Positions 38,881 to 49,261 of a stretch of DNA of 64,000 bases are shown here, piece by piece (the first letter of the stretch is position 1; every line of letters begins with the position of its first letter). This DNA is from Bacteroidales bacterium (GTDB lineage: Bacteria; Bacteroidota; Bacteroidia; Bacteroidales; UBA932). The position numbers were made by a program, and so were the translations under genes. The stretch covers positions 3,104 through 67,103 of the forward strand of contig JAFTWQ010000003.1 of NCBI GenBank assembly GCA_017465225.1, in the 5' to 3' direction. Below the pieces are notes generated by a model. The model saw nothing but the letters and a program-made list of their open reading frames with translations. It was not told the DNA's origin and ran no database searches.

Positions 38881-40029
38881 ATGAAAATTCTTATTGTTGA
38901 TGACGAACGCTCTATCAGGAATTCGCTGAAGGAGATTCTGGTAGATGAAGGCTATGATGTCGATGTCGCCGAGAACGGTGTGCAGGGATGCGACATGGTG
39001 GACAAAGAGAAGTACAGTGTCATTTTCTGCGACATCAAGATGCCGGAGATGGATGGCATGGAGTTCCTTGACAAGATAAATGCCATGGGAGTGGATGCTG
39101 CCGTGGTCATGATTTCCGGCCATGGAGACATCCAGACTGCCGTCGAGTGCATCAAGAAGGGTGCGTTCGATTTCATCCAGAAGCCTCTGGACCTGAACCG
39201 CATCCTCATCACCATCAAGAACGCGACCGAGAAGGTTTCCCTTGTAAAGGAGACCAGGATCCTCAAGAAGAAGGTCTATGGCCAGGAGATGGTGGGCGAG
39301 TCCGAGGCTCTTCTGCATATCAAGGACATGATCGACAAGGTCGCTCCTACAGATGCAAGGGTCCTTATCATCGGTTCCAACGGCACGGGAAAGGAGCTTG
39401 TCGCGCGCAATCTCCACCAGAAGAGTCCGCGTTCGGCGATGCCTTATGTTGAGGTGAACTGTGCCGCAATCCCGTCGGAGCTCATCGAGAGCGAACTTTT
39501 CGGACATGAAAAGGGCGCGTTCACATCGGCGATCAAGCAGCATAAGGGTAAGTTCGAGCAGGCCGACGGAGGTACATTGTTCCTTGACGAGATCGGTGAC
39601 ATGTCGCTGGCAGCCCAGGCCAAGGTGCTCAGGGTGCTTCAGGAAAAGAAGCTTTCAAGGGTCGGAAGCGACAAGGACATCGTGGTCGATGTAAGAGTGC
39701 TTGCCGCTACCAACAAGAACCTCAAGGAAGAGATCGGGAAGGGACGTTTCAGGGAGGACCTCTATCATCGCCTCAGCGTGATAGTCATCAATGTGCCTAC
39801 TCTGGATGAGCGCAAGAGCGACATCCCTCTTCTCGTGGATCATTTCATCGGACAGATCTGCTCTGAGACAGGAATGCCTCCTCGCGAGGTCGATGCTGAC
39901 GCAATGCAGCTTCTTGTCGACAAGTCATGGACAGGAAACATCCGTGAGCTCCGCAATGTCGTGGAGCGTCTCCTTATCCTCTCCGGAGACAGGATAACAG
40001 CTTCAGATGTAAGGGCTTATGTGCTTTAG
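38881..40029 (+). CDS. Sigma54-dependent NtrC/NtrX-type response regulator (REC plus AAA+, no obvious HTH)
   Basis: IVDDE, DIKMP, GTGKE, ESELFGHEKGAFTSA, FLDEIG, WTGNIREL. Confidence 0.93.
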   Translation: MKILIVDDERSIRNSLKEILVDEGYDVDVAENGVQGCDMVDKEKYSVIFCDIKMPEMDGMEFLDKINAMGVDAAVVMISGHGDIQTAVECIKKGAFDFIQKPLDLNRILITIKNATEKVSLVKETRILKKKVYGQEMVGESEALLHIKDMIDKVAPTDARVLIIGSNGTGKELVARNLHQKSPRSAMPYVEVNCAAIPSELIESELFGHEKGAFTSAIKQHKGKFEQADGGTLFLDEIGDMSLAAQAKVLRVLQEKKLSRVGSDKDIVVDVRVLAATNKNLKEEIGKGRFREDLYHRLSVIVINVPTLDERKSDIPLLVDHFIGQICSETGMPPREVDADAMQLLVDKSWTGNIRELRNVVERLLILSGDRITASDVRAYVL

Positions 40030-43000
40030 GCCCGGTGCTTTGGGATGGTCACTATGAATGAGGCTCCTCCGAGGGCGAACGACTTTCTGTAGCTGATCTC
40101 ACCTTCGCATTTCTCTATGATATTCCGGCATATGGCCAGTCCAAGGCCTGTGCCGGAACTTTTTGTAGTGAAGTTCGGCGTGAAGAGCTTGTCGAGATTC
40201 TCCTCGCTTACTCCAGGACCGTTGTCGTCGAACACGATGTCATAGTATCCGTCCCTCATGCTGTTTCTCAGGCTGATGACAACCTTTCCTTCGGTGTATG
40301 CCTCTCCGCGTTCCGCCGCTTCCTTCTGGTGGATCTCGACGGCCTGGACGGCATTGGTGATGAGGTTGACGAACACACGTATGAGCTGTGGCTTCGGAGC
40401 CATCACAAATGCATTCTCCATGCCCAGATATGAGATAGATACATTCTCCTTGTTGTCGAAGAAAAGCAGCTGGTCCTTGAGGGTCTTGTCAAGGTCGAGC
40501 AGGACTGGTTCCTCGCTGTAGAGCTTGGCGAATGTAGAGAATTCGTTGGCGGTCTCGCTGAGGATGTCGATGTGCTCGAGTACTACCGCCGATACCTCGT
40601 CGAACCTCTGCTCCCAAGCAGGATTGTTGTTCTCCTTGAGTCTTATGAGCCTCTGTATCTGGAGCTTGATAGGGGTGAGAGGGTTCTTGATCTCGTGGGC
40701 CACCTGACGGGCCATCTGGCTCCATGCCTTGTCTCTTTCGGCCTGTGCCAGCTGTCTGGTGGATTCCGAAAGGTCCTTGACCATTCGGTTGTATGCGTCG
40801 ACAAGAGACGATATCTCGTCCTCTCTCTTGTATGTGATGAATTCGAGGTCATGGATGTCGGCGACATTCATCTTCTTTCCCATCTCGATGAGAGGGGAGA
40901 ACAGGGCGTTCACCTCGCGGGTACTGAACAGCAGCGAACCGATCAGCAGCAGGAGGAAGAGGTTGATGATGAGGGCGGCATGGAAGAAGGCTTCCCTGCG
41001 GAAGTCGAAGTTCCTGTCGGTGTATGGCACTTCAGCGATGGCCACGATCTGGCCTCTGTCGTTGAATATAGGTGCATAGAGTGCCCAGTACTCGAAATCC
41101 GCAATCCTTTCCCTGTGAATGAAGTACCTCTGGTACCTGTCCTTGATGTTGTAGTAGGCATCCTCGTCGATACGGCTGCCGATCACCATCCTTTCGAACA
41201 CTTCCGGTGTGGTGGAAAGGAATACCTTTCCGGAAGGGGTGTATAGGGTGATGTCGGATTTTGTGGTGTTTCCGATATTCTCCAGCGTGGCGGTGAATTC
41301 CTGTGTGTTGAGGGACTGCCAGCTGCGTACGTTCTTGGTGTGCCTTTCGACGAGGGCCTGGATCGTGGTTATCCTTGAGGACATCAGATTGTACATGTTC
41401 TCCTCGTTCCTCTTGTAGACGAACACGATGCTGATGACCGTCATGCTTATGAGGATAAGGAAGGACGATGTGGACAGGATGGTGTTGATCCTGGTCCTGA
41501 AGTAATTGCTCTTGAAGACCTTCTTCTTGTATCTTGAGCGCGAGAAGATGCTCATTATGCCGCTGAGGGCGAGGCAGAGGTATGAGAATGATGTGAAATA
41601 TACCAGTCCACCTCGTCTGGGCCTTGAAATCACGATCATCTCGTCCTCGTTCACAATGTTCATGAAATGGACATATCCGTTGTCTCTTGAGACTTCGCGG
41701 CTCTTGTCCAGAAGATGGCCTTCCTGTACATGGTCATAATTGGTAGGATAAGGGTAGTTGCCCTTGTAGGACATCAGTCTTCCGTTGTTGTACTTCGCAT
41801 ATGAATAATGGGAAGGTATGTTTATGTCGCCTGGCTTCGAGAATCTGCCGAGGATGCTGTAGTAGCCCCGGTCCTCCCTGTTGGAGTTGGATTCGATGGT
41901 CAGGAGCATCCTGATCACCCGGCCCTGCGAATGGTAGAACATGAATGCGCCGGCATAGCTGCTGTTGCCGTTGGAATCGGTCAGGAAGAGGAATCTCGAG
42001 CCGGTCGCGATCGGTGTTCCCAAGCGCAGGATGTTGTTGAAATGGGCTATTCCGGCTCTGTCGTCATCCTTGAATATGAGTACGTCAAGGTTGTAATCCT
42101 GCCTTATCCTCGTAAGGTAATAGTCGAGGATTCGGTTCTGGATCATGCCTCCGGTGTTGTCAAGGGTTGCAAGGGCCGATATCAGCTGGTCATATGCGAT
42201 GCTCTCTTCTGCGGATCTGAGCTGTATCTCAAGGCTGAGGTCCCTGTCCACGGACAGTCTGTTCGCCCATACGCTTACCCTGTCCTGCTCTTTCTTGAAT
42301 CCCAGCTGGCTTGATGTGAGGGTGAAGTATGCCGAGCAGAGGACTGCAAAGAGTATCAGGGTCTTGAGCGAGAACATGTCATACTTGAATCCAAGGAACA
42401 TCTTCACTACCGGGCGCATTATCTGCATGTGCAGGAGCAGGCAGAAGAGCAGACCTGTGTATGATACATATACCAGAATGGTGAACGGCACGTTGGTGTT
42501 CCATCTGTAGAGCTCCATAGAGATGTTAGAGTTGAGCATGAGGCTCTTGAGGGTCAGATGGATATAGATCGCCAAGGCGATTCCCGTGAGCATGGTGAAG
42601 ATGCCGTAGAAGGCCATCGCCTTGCGGTTGCTCCGTATCAGAGCGGTTATCCTGTTCCTTATCAGGAAGGTGCATGTAACGAACAGGGTGATGAACGCGT
42701 TCACCAGTACAAGCGATCCTAGGGAGAAGAACAGGGCACCGTCCGCATATACGGTAGGGGAGAAGAGTTCCGTGACTCCGTTAAGCTGGATTCCCCATAT
42801 GAAGGACATGATGAAAAGGACTGATAGTGAGGCTACTGCGATCGAGTAGACCTTCAGGGTCCTGTGTCCGGCAAGGAACATCACTATTGCCGCTGCCAGC
42901 AGGACGATCGCTATCCAGCGCAGCATGGAGTTGTCGAAGAACGGGGTCGCCTTTGCGCTGTCGTATATGATCTTGAAAAGAGGGGTCCCCTCAATCTCCA

Positions 43001-43589
43001 CTGTAGATCCTCCGCTGTGATTCAATGGCAGGACGGCATATTTGCCGGGAAGCTTCAGCCTCCTGTTCACTCCGTTGTCATTTCGGCGGACATCATCTAT
43101 CAGGGTGTTCTTTATCTCGATTCCGGCAATGAGCCTTATGCTTCCGTCGACTTCCACCGACTTGATCAGATACCATTTCGGCCCGAGATTCATGTATGAA
43201 AGCCCTTCGTCGACATCGGTGAGATATGAAACGATGCGGCTGCTCCTGTCAGTGAGTACAGGGAACATCATCCTTGTGGAAATGTCATCGTTGATAAGAG
43301 AGAACTGGTTGTTCCACGACTGGAGGGTATCGTTGATGTAGCGGTATATGACCATGTCGTCTGGAAGGCCTTCCAGAAGCATAATCTGGTCCTTGTCGGT
43401 GTTCCTCGCCTCTTCGAGGTACTTGTCCAGGACAGCGAGACGCTTCTCGATCCTCCCGGCAGTCTCTTCCGCAATCTCTTCCGTATTCCCGTCGGAATTG
43501 CCGCTTGCCATCGAAAGCACAAACAGCACGAGGGAAAGGATCAGAGCCAGAAGAGGCAGTCTTTTATGCAGCCATTCCTTGGTTTTCAT
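40026..43589 (-). CDS. Large multi-TM sensor histidine kinase (NtrY-like)
   Basis: MARQVAHEIKNPLTP, NLITNA, DDNGPG, PNFTTK, GTGLGL. Confidence 0.92.
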   Translation of the reverse strand: MKTKEWLHKRLPLLALILSLVLFVLSMASGNSDGNTEEIAEETAGRIEKRLAVLDKYLEEARNTDKDQIMLLEGLPDDMVIYRYINDTLQSWNNQFSLINDDISTRMMFPVLTDRSSRIVSYLTDVDEGLSYMNLGPKWYLIKSVEVDGSIRLIAGIEIKNTLIDDVRRNDNGVNRRLKLPGKYAVLPLNHSGGSTVEIEGTPLFKIIYDSAKATPFFDNSMLRWIAIVLLAAAIVMFLAGHRTLKVYSIAVASLSVLFIMSFIWGIQLNGVTELFSPTVYADGALFFSLGSLVLVNAFITLFVTCTFLIRNRITALIRSNRKAMAFYGIFTMLTGIALAIYIHLTLKSLMLNSNISMELYRWNTNVPFTILVYVSYTGLLFCLLLHMQIMRPVVKMFLGFKYDMFSLKTLILFAVLCSAYFTLTSSQLGFKKEQDRVSVWANRLSVDRDLSLEIQLRSAEESIAYDQLISALATLDNTGGMIQNRILDYYLTRIRQDYNLDVLIFKDDDRAGIAHFNNILRLGTPIATGSRFLFLTDSNGNSSYAGAFMFYHSQGRVIRMLLTIESNSNREDRGYYSILGRFSKPGDINIPSHYSYAKYNNGRLMSYKGNYPYPTNYDHVQEGHLLDKSREVSRDNGYVHFMNIVNEDEMIVISRPRRGGLVYFTSFSYLCLALSGIMSIFSRSRYKKKVFKSNYFRTRINTILSTSSFLILISMTVISIVFVYKRNEENMYNLMSSRITTIQALVERHTKNVRSWQSLNTQEFTATLENIGNTTKSDITLYTPSGKVFLSTTPEVFERMVIGSRIDEDAYYNIKDRYQRYFIHRERIADFEYWALYAPIFNDRGQIVAIAEVPYTDRNFDFRREAFFHAALIINLFLLLLIGSLLFSTREVNALFSPLIEMGKKMNVADIHDLEFITYKREDEISSLVDAYNRMVKDLSESTRQLAQAERDKAWSQMARQVAHEIKNPLTPIKLQIQRLIRLKENNNPAWEQRFDEVSAVVLEHIDILSETANEFSTFAKLYSEEPVLLDLDKTLKDQLLFFDNKENVSISYLGMENAFVMAPKPQLIRVFVNLITNAVQAVEIHQKEAAERGEAYTEGKVVISLRNSMRDGYYDIVFDDNGPGVSEENLDKLFTPNFTTKSSGTGLGLAICRNIIEKCEGEISYRKSFALGGASFIVTIPKHRA

Positions 43590-43601
43590 AGGCGAATACC
43601 T

Positions 43602-44075
43602 TTATTCGTGGTGGTAGGGTTCTCCTTTCATTATGGTGAATGCCCTGTATATCTGCTCCGCGAAGATAGCCCTTACCATCTGGTGGGAGAAGGTCATCCT
43701 TGACAGCGACATCTTTGAATCGGCCCTCCTGTATACATCTTCAGAGAATCCGTATGCCCCTCCGATTACGAACACTATGTCCTTGCCGATGTAGGATATC
43801 TTGTCCTGAAGCACCTTGGCGAACTCCATGGACGAATATTGCTTTCCCCTCTCGTCGAGAAGGATCACGTCGTCTGTCGGGCGTATGTTCTTGAGTATCA
43901 GCTCTCCTTCGCGTGTCTTGATCTGGTCCTTGCTGAGGGATGATACGTTCTTCAGCTCGGGTATTTCGGTCATCACGAAAGGGATATAGTGCTTGAGGCG
44001 GGACACATAGATGTCCAGCCCCTGCCTTACCCAGTCTCTGTCGGTCTTTCCTACTGTAAGCAGTGTTATCTTCAT
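43602..44075 (-). CDS. rlmH: 23S rRNA m3Psi1915 methyltransferase
   Basis: MKITLLTVGK, LDERGK, IGGAYG, TFSHQMVR, EQIYRA, PYHHE. Confidence 0.96.
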   Translation of the reverse strand: MKITLLTVGKTDRDWVRQGLDIYVSRLKHYIPFVMTEIPELKNVSSLSKDQIKTREGELILKNIRPTDDVILLDERGKQYSSMEFAKVLQDKISYIGKDIVFVIGGAYGFSEDVYRRADSKMSLSRMTFSHQMVRAIFAEQIYRAFTIMKGEPYHHE

Positions 44076-44175
44076 CAGAATCTTGTCTATACAGCGACAA
44101 ATATAATCAATTCTATGCAAATATCCCGCCAAGTAATATTTCTTCGAAAAGGATTGTTCGGCTTGGAATTTGTAG

Positions 44176-44183
44176 TATCTTTG
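44176..44183 (+). promoter_or_regulatory. Bacteroidetes -7 promoter element
   Basis: TATCTTTG upstream of the gene at 44209. Confidence 0.55.
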
Positions 44184-44208
44184 CCCGGTCAATTACAAAG
44201 ATTTTCAG

Positions 44209-44616
44209 ATGAGAAGACAGATAATCGGAGCACTTGTATCAGTGATGGCCGTTTTTTCATGCGCTGGAGCAGCCGCGCAGGAAAGCGGCTATGATGTGTT
44301 CAATCCGATAGCCAAATATCTTGCGATGGGAGATGCGGACAAGCTGTCCGCCTGGTTTTCCGACAATCTCGAAGTCACCATCTTTTCGGATTCGAACGAC
44401 TCGAGCCGCAACCAGGCCTGCCAGATAATGAAGTCATTCTTCCGCTCATATACCCCGCGTTCATTCGAGATCACCCACAAGGCCGGGCGTTCCAACATGA
44501 AATATGCATTGGGGACATTGAATGCAGGAGGCGAAATGTTCGTTGTGACGATCTTCGTCGGCTACAACGAAAAATCCTACAGGATCCAGCACCTTAAGAT
44601 CGAACGGCTGAACTGA
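44209..44616 (+). CDS. DUF4783-like secreted protein
   Basis: Signal peptide; GDADKLSAWFSDNLEV, FEITH, YALGTL. Confidence 0.75.
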   Translation: MRRQIIGALVSVMAVFSCAGAAAQESGYDVFNPIAKYLAMGDADKLSAWFSDNLEVTIFSDSNDSSRNQACQIMKSFFRSYTPRSFEITHKAGRSNMKYALGTLNAGGEMFVVTIFVGYNEKSYRIQHLKIERLN

Positions 44617-44618
44617 TT

Positions 44619-44662
44619 ATAATAAAAACCGACAGACTGAGCAGTCTGTCGGTTTTTATTAT
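44619..44662. terminator. Bidirectional intrinsic terminator, perfect palindrome
   Basis: 21-bp perfect arms with a 2-nt spacer between convergent genes. Confidence 0.88.
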
Positions 44663-45966
44663 TTCTGCCTTAGGAAGACATGCACCGGACATCCGAGGAA
44701 GTCGAAGTTCGAACGGAGCTTGTTCTCCAGGAATCTTCTGTACGGCTCGCGGATATACTGCGGAAGGTTGCAGAAGAACGCGAATGAAGGCGACCTGGTA
44801 GGAAGCTGGGTCACATACTTGATCTTGATGTACTTGCCCTTCCATGCAGGTGGCGGATAATTCTCGATCTCCGGAAGCATCACCTCGTTCAGCTCCGATG
44901 TCTTGATCTTGCGCGAATAGTTCTCATATACATGAGCCGCAGCGTCGAGTACATCCATGATCCTCTGCTTGTTGATCACCGATGTGAAGATGATAGGAAG
45001 GTCGTTGAACGGCGCGAGGCGCTCCTTGATGGCGATGGTATATTCCTTCATCGTATTGCTGTCCTTCTCGATGGTGTCCCATTTGTTCACGACAACGACA
45101 CAGCCCTTCTTGTTGCGCTGGATGAGGTTGAAGATCGCCATGTCCTGCGATTCGATGCCTGTCTGGGCATCGACCATGAGGATGCAGACGTCAGAGTGCT
45201 CGATTGCGCGGATCGACCTCATCACCGAGTAGAACTCGAGGTCTTCATGTACCTTGGCCTTCTTTCTCATGCCGGCTGTATCGACGAGCATGAATTCGTG
45301 GCCGAACTTGTTGTAGAGGGTAGCGATAGAGTCGCGTGTGGTGCCGGCGATAGGCGTAACGATGTTCCTCTCCTTGCCGAGAAGAGCGTTAGTGAGGGAT
45401 GACTTGCCTACGTTAGGCTTTCCTACGATAGTGAAGTGTGGAAGCTCGGGATGCTCGTCTGTGTCAGGATCTTCTGCAGGAAGTTCCTTTACGATGGCAT
45501 CCAGAAGGTCTCCTGTACCGCCTCCGTTGGCGGCTGAAATGCTGTAAACCTCTCCTAATCCGAGTGAATAGAACTGGAAGGCGTCGTACATCTTCTCTCC
45601 TGAATCGATCTTGTTCACTGCAAGCACTACAGGCTTTCCGCTGCGTCTGAGAAGATCGGCGATCTCCTCGTCATAGTCGGTGATGCCTGTTCCGGCCTCG
45701 ACCATGAAGAGCACCACATGTGCCTCCTCGATGGCAAGGACCACCTGCTTGCGGATCTCTTCCTCGAAGATATCGTCCGAGTTGGATGTGTATCCGCCGG
45801 TGTCGACAACGGAGAATTCCGTTCCGCACCATTCGCATCTTCCATAATGTCTGTCGCGGGTCACTCCCGCTGTTTCGTCAACGATGGCCTGTCGCATTCC
45901 GACGAGGCGATTGAAAAGTGTGGACTTGCCCACGTTAGGGCGTCCTACGATGGCTAATAAGCTCAT
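44659..45966 (-). CDS. der: Ribosome biogenesis GTPase Der (EngA)
   Basis: Two GTPase domains (GRPNVGKS and GKPNVGKS); start trimmed to the ATG at 45966. Confidence 0.98.
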   Translation of the reverse strand: MSLLAIVGRPNVGKSTLFNRLVGMRQAIVDETAGVTRDRHYGRCEWCGTEFSVVDTGGYTSNSDDIFEEEIRKQVVLAIEEAHVVLFMVEAGTGITDYDEEIADLLRRSGKPVVLAVNKIDSGEKMYDAFQFYSLGLGEVYSISAANGGGTGDLLDAIVKELPAEDPDTDEHPELPHFTIVGKPNVGKSSLTNALLGKERNIVTPIAGTTRDSIATLYNKFGHEFMLVDTAGMRKKAKVHEDLEFYSVMRSIRAIEHSDVCILMVDAQTGIESQDMAIFNLIQRNKKGCVVVVNKWDTIEKDSNTMKEYTIAIKERLAPFNDLPIIFTSVINKQRIMDVLDAAAHVYENYSRKIKTSELNEVMLPEIENYPPPAWKGKYIKIKYVTQLPTRSPSFAFFCNLPQYIREPYRRFLENKLRSNFDFLGCPVHVFLRQK

Positions 45967-46037
45967 AATAAATAATTTAGTAGTTAAAATCCCGCCTCTC
46001 GGCGATAATTGCTCATCCCTATCCGGGACCGAACGTA

Positions 46038-46292
46038 TCAATGACAGTCAGACCTTGAACCGCAGCTCGCGCACCCACCCTCGTCGCAGGCGACCGGGTT
46101 GCCGTCCTTGTCCTTCTTGCCCCAAAGCTTTATCTCTTCCTCCTTCGCGCACTTTATGCCTCTCTTGCGCATCTCCTTGTTGTTCTCTATCTCGGTCTCA
46201 GGGAACTTGCCGTCCTTCCTGAAGATGATGTTGAAGCAAAGTCCGAACACGCAGAAAGCCACGAGGGCGATGGCTGCCAAAAACAACTCCAT
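46038..46292 (-). CDS. Small membrane-anchored protein
   Basis: N-terminal TM helix, [10 protein letters not shown]...MRKRGIKC, Cys-rich end. Confidence 0.75.
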   Translation of the reverse strand: MELFLAAIALVAFCVFGLCFNIIFRKDGKFPETEIENNKEMRKRGIKCAKEEEIKLWGKKDKDGNPVACDEGGCASCGSRSDCH

Positions 46293-46298
46293 CCTGCT

Positions 46299-47249
46299 TT
46301 AGTTGATGAAGCTTGAACTGATCTCCTCGTAGTTGTAGACCTTTCTGATGATGTCCGCGAACATCTTGGTCATTGTGAGGACTGTGATCTTGGTCTTGTC
46401 TTTTGCAGGGTCTGCGTCCAATGGAATGGTATCCGAAACGATTACCTCCTCAAGAGCAGAGTTCGCGATCTTCTCATATGCAGGGCCAGAGAATACGGCA
46501 TGTGTGGCGCACGCACGTACGCTGAGGGCTCCCATGTCCTTGAGGACATTCGCAGCCTTCGCGAGGGTTCCGGCAGTATCGACCATGTCGTCCACGATGA
46601 CGATGTTCTTGCCTGCAACCTCTCCGATAGCGGTGATTGAAGCTACCACATTGGCCTTTTCACGTGACTTGTGGCAGATGACCACAGGGCACTCGAGATA
46701 TCTTGCATATGCGTTCGCTCTCTTTGCGCCTCCCATGTCAGGGGCAGCGATCGCAAGGTTCTCGATGTTGAGCGACTTGATGTATGGAAGGAACACGGCG
46801 CTGGCGTAGATGTGGTCAACAGGGAAATCGAAGAAGCCCTGGATCTGGTCTGCATGCAGGTCGCATGTCATCACGCGGTCACATCCGGCTGCATGGAGCA
46901 TGTTGGCTACAAGCTTTGCTCCGATGGAAACTCTTGGCTTGTCCTTGCGGTCCTGACGTGCCCATCCGAAATAAGGCATCACCGCGATCACCTTGTGAGC
47001 TGAAGCACGTTTGGCTGCATCGGCCATGAGAAGAAGCTCGAACAGGTTGTCTGTCGGAGGGAATGTCGACTGGATGATGAACACTGTCGCTCCTCTGACA
47101 CTTTCGTTGAAAGACGGCTGGAATTCTCCGTCGCTGAAAGTCAGCACGTCGGATGCTCCAAGGTTGAGATTGAGGTTCTCAGCCACTTTTAATGCGAATT
47201 CTTTAGACGCCCTGCAGGCGAAAAGTTTCATTTTATGTTCCTTATGCAT
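46299..47249 (-). CDS. prs: Ribose-phosphate pyrophosphokinase
   Basis: FSDGE, PYFGWARQDRK, DLHADQIQGFF, VDDMVDTAGT. Confidence 0.98.
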   Translation of the reverse strand: MHKEHKMKLFACRASKEFALKVAENLNLNLGASDVLTFSDGEFQPSFNESVRGATVFIIQSTFPPTDNLFELLLMADAAKRASAHKVIAVMPYFGWARQDRKDKPRVSIGAKLVANMLHAAGCDRVMTCDLHADQIQGFFDFPVDHIYASAVFLPYIKSLNIENLAIAAPDMGGAKRANAYARYLECPVVICHKSREKANVVASITAIGEVAGKNIVIVDDMVDTAGTLAKAANVLKDMGALSVRACATHAVFSGPAYEKIANSALEEVIVSDTIPLDADPAKDKTKITVLTMTKMFADIIRKVYNYEEISSSFIN

Positions 47250-47263
47250 CGTATTTTGAGGGT

Positions 47264-47875
47264 TTAGTTCTTATCTTCTTTCATTGATTCGAGCACCGAT
47301 CCTATGTAGTCCAGTATCTCTTCGCGTCCCTGTCCGGTCTCAGCCGAGCTTACGAATGTCGGCGGAAGCTCTTCCCAGAGCTCGAGGATCTGGGCCTTCA
47401 TCTTCTCTATCTGCGCATTGAGCGCATTCGGGCCGTTCTTGTCGCCTTTGGTGAATATGATCGCGAATGGAATCTGGCTCTGTCCCAGTTCGATAAGGAA
47501 GTCCATGTCGATCTTGCCGATATCGTGGCGTGAGTCGATAAGGACGAAAAGCATCACCATCTCCTGGGAGAGATTGATGTAGTTTCTGATCACCTGCTCA
47601 AGCTTCTGCTTTCCGGTTGCGGACATCTTGGCGTATCCGTATCCCGGAAGGTCGACAAGATACCATTCCCTGTTGATGAGGAAGTGGTTCACGAGTCTTG
47701 TCTTGCCTGGCTTGCTGGAAGTCATTGCGAGCTTATTGTTGCGGCAGAGCATGTTTATGAGAGATGATTTGCCTACATTGGATCTGCCGATGAAGGCGAA
47801 TTCAGGGAATTTCTGTTTCGGCTTCTCGGATATTCTTGTGCTGCTGCCTGCAAATAACGCTTCTGTGATCTTCAT
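47264..47875 (-). CDS. engB: GTP-binding protein EngB/YihA
   Basis: GRSNVGKSSLIN, PGKT, DLPGYGYA, TKGDK. Confidence 0.96.
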   Translation of the reverse strand: MKITEALFAGSSTRISEKPKQKFPEFAFIGRSNVGKSSLINMLCRNNKLAMTSSKPGKTRLVNHFLINREWYLVDLPGYGYAKMSATGKQKLEQVIRNYINLSQEMVMLFVLIDSRHDIGKIDMDFLIELGQSQIPFAIIFTKGDKNGPNALNAQIEKMKAQILELWEELPPTFVSSAETGQGREEILDYIGSVLESMKEDKN

Positions 47876-47900
47876 GTCTGTAGATGCTCAAATCAGTCGG

Positions 47901-47972
47901 CAAAGATATGAAAATTTTATTGGATTTATTATGCTATGATGGTGGTTATATGAGGAAATTTTGCTAAATTTG
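47901..47972. promoter_or_regulatory. Divergent Bacteroidetes -7 elements
   Basis: TATCTTTG on the minus strand (47901-47908) and TAAATTTG on the plus strand (47965-47972). Confidence 0.55.
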
Positions 47973-47994
47973 TTGCGATTGAAAAGAAATAACC

Positions 47995-49206
47995 ATGGAA
48001 AAGGATTTTATCGACCTGTTTGAGTTGCATTCGAGACTTAAGAAGGGGGTAGAATCGCTTTTTCCGAACCGTTTGTGGATCAGGGCCGAAGTTAGTGCTG
48101 TCAAGGCACGTAACGGAGGCCATTGTTATCTGGAGCTGTCCCAGAGTGATGACCATGGGCTTGTGGCAAAGGCAAGCGCCATCATATGGTCATCGAAATA
48201 CAGGTTCATCGGCCCGTATTTCGAGTCGGTGACAGGCTCGCCTCTTGGCGAGGGAATGATGGTTCTTGTAGAAGTGCAGGTCAATTTCAGTGAGCTGTAC
48301 GGTTTCTCTCTGATTGTCAATGATATAGATCCGGAATATTCTGTCGGCGTCAAGGAGCTTGAACGTCAGAGGACGATCGAAAGGCTGGGGAAGGAAGGCC
48401 TGCTGGAACTTCAGAAGGAACTGGAGCTTCCGCTTCTCCCGTACAGGCTGGCGGTGATTTCCGCGGAGGATGCGGCCGGATACCGTGACTTCATGCGTCA
48501 TCTGGAGGAGAATCCTTATGGATTTGTCGTCGAAACCGAACTGTTTCCTGCTCTGATGCAGGGTGCGGAGTGTCCGGCGTCGATAGTCGCCGCAATGGAT
48601 GAGGTGATCGAGGGTGGAGGGGAGTATGATGCCGTGCTGATACTTCGCGGCGGCGGTGCGAAGCTGGATCTTGCGTGCTACGATGATTATGGACTGGCGG
48701 CTGTGATCGCGCAGTTCCCGCTGCCTGTGCTTACCGCCATCGGACATGACCAGGATTTCCATGTGTGCGATATGGTCGCGTATGAGTATCTGAAGACTCC
48801 GACGGCTCTTGCGGATTTCATCATTTCCATGTACGAGGATGAGGATGCGAGGCTTTCGTCCCTTGAGAACCGCATCAGGATTGCGGTTTCCGGCCGGCTT
48901 TACCGCGAGGAATCTCTGATCGAGTCGCTTGCGGCCAGGGTCAAGGGAGCTTTCGCCTTGAAGATTGCTGCGATGGAGTCCAGGCTTCAGGTGCTCCAGG
49001 CCAGGATTGAGGCCGCCGATCCGCGCAGGATTCTTGAACGGGGATATGCCTTGGCGGCAGATGCCGATGGTGTGGTGCTGAAGGGGGCGGCTGGCCGCAG
49101 ACCCGGGGACCGTGTGGCGGTTATGTTCGCCGACGGCACATTGGAATGTACGGTGCAAGACGTCACCCTGAAAGATTGCCACGGCTTCGTTGAAGCCTCG
49201 CAATGA
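47995..49206 (+). CDS. xseA: Exodeoxyribonuclease VII large subunit
   Basis: GHCYLEL, AAGYRDF, RGGG, AIGHDQD, KTPTA, ILERGY. Confidence 0.94.
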   Translation: MEKDFIDLFELHSRLKKGVESLFPNRLWIRAEVSAVKARNGGHCYLELSQSDDHGLVAKASAIIWSSKYRFIGPYFESVTGSPLGEGMMVLVEVQVNFSELYGFSLIVNDIDPEYSVGVKELERQRTIERLGKEGLLELQKELELPLLPYRLAVISAEDAAGYRDFMRHLEENPYGFVVETELFPALMQGAECPASIVAAMDEVIEGGGEYDAVLILRGGGAKLDLACYDDYGLAAVIAQFPLPVLTAIGHDQDFHVCDMVAYEYLKTPTALADFIISMYEDEDARLSSLENRIRIAVSGRLYREESLIESLAARVKGAFALKIAAMESRLQVLQARIEAADPRRILERGYALAADADGVVLKGAAGRRPGDRVAVMFADGTLECTVQDVTLKDCHGFVEASQ

Positions 49207-49249
49207 CGTAACGTCATCCTGAGGAGCCCGGAGGGCGACGTGAGGATCT
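49173..49249. repeat. Back-to-back REP-like pair; the first supplies the xseA C-terminus and stop codon
   Basis: 49173-49208 on minus reads cgtcattgcgaggcttcaacgaagccgtggcaatct; 49212-49249 on plus reads cgtcatcctgaggagcccggagggcgacgtgaggatct. Confidence 0.85.
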
Positions 49250-49261
49250 AATATATGATTT

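Noticed and set aside
38797-39543. 475-aa minus-strand ORF as an extended Cmk
   Set aside because: The extension is the antisense shadow of the response regulator; Cmk motifs begin near 38796.
45985-46046. Possible decayed REP at the end of the small protein gene (minus strand tgtcattga...gggatgag)
   Set aside because: Only the 6-nt head matches and the stem is not recoverable, so it is too weak to count.
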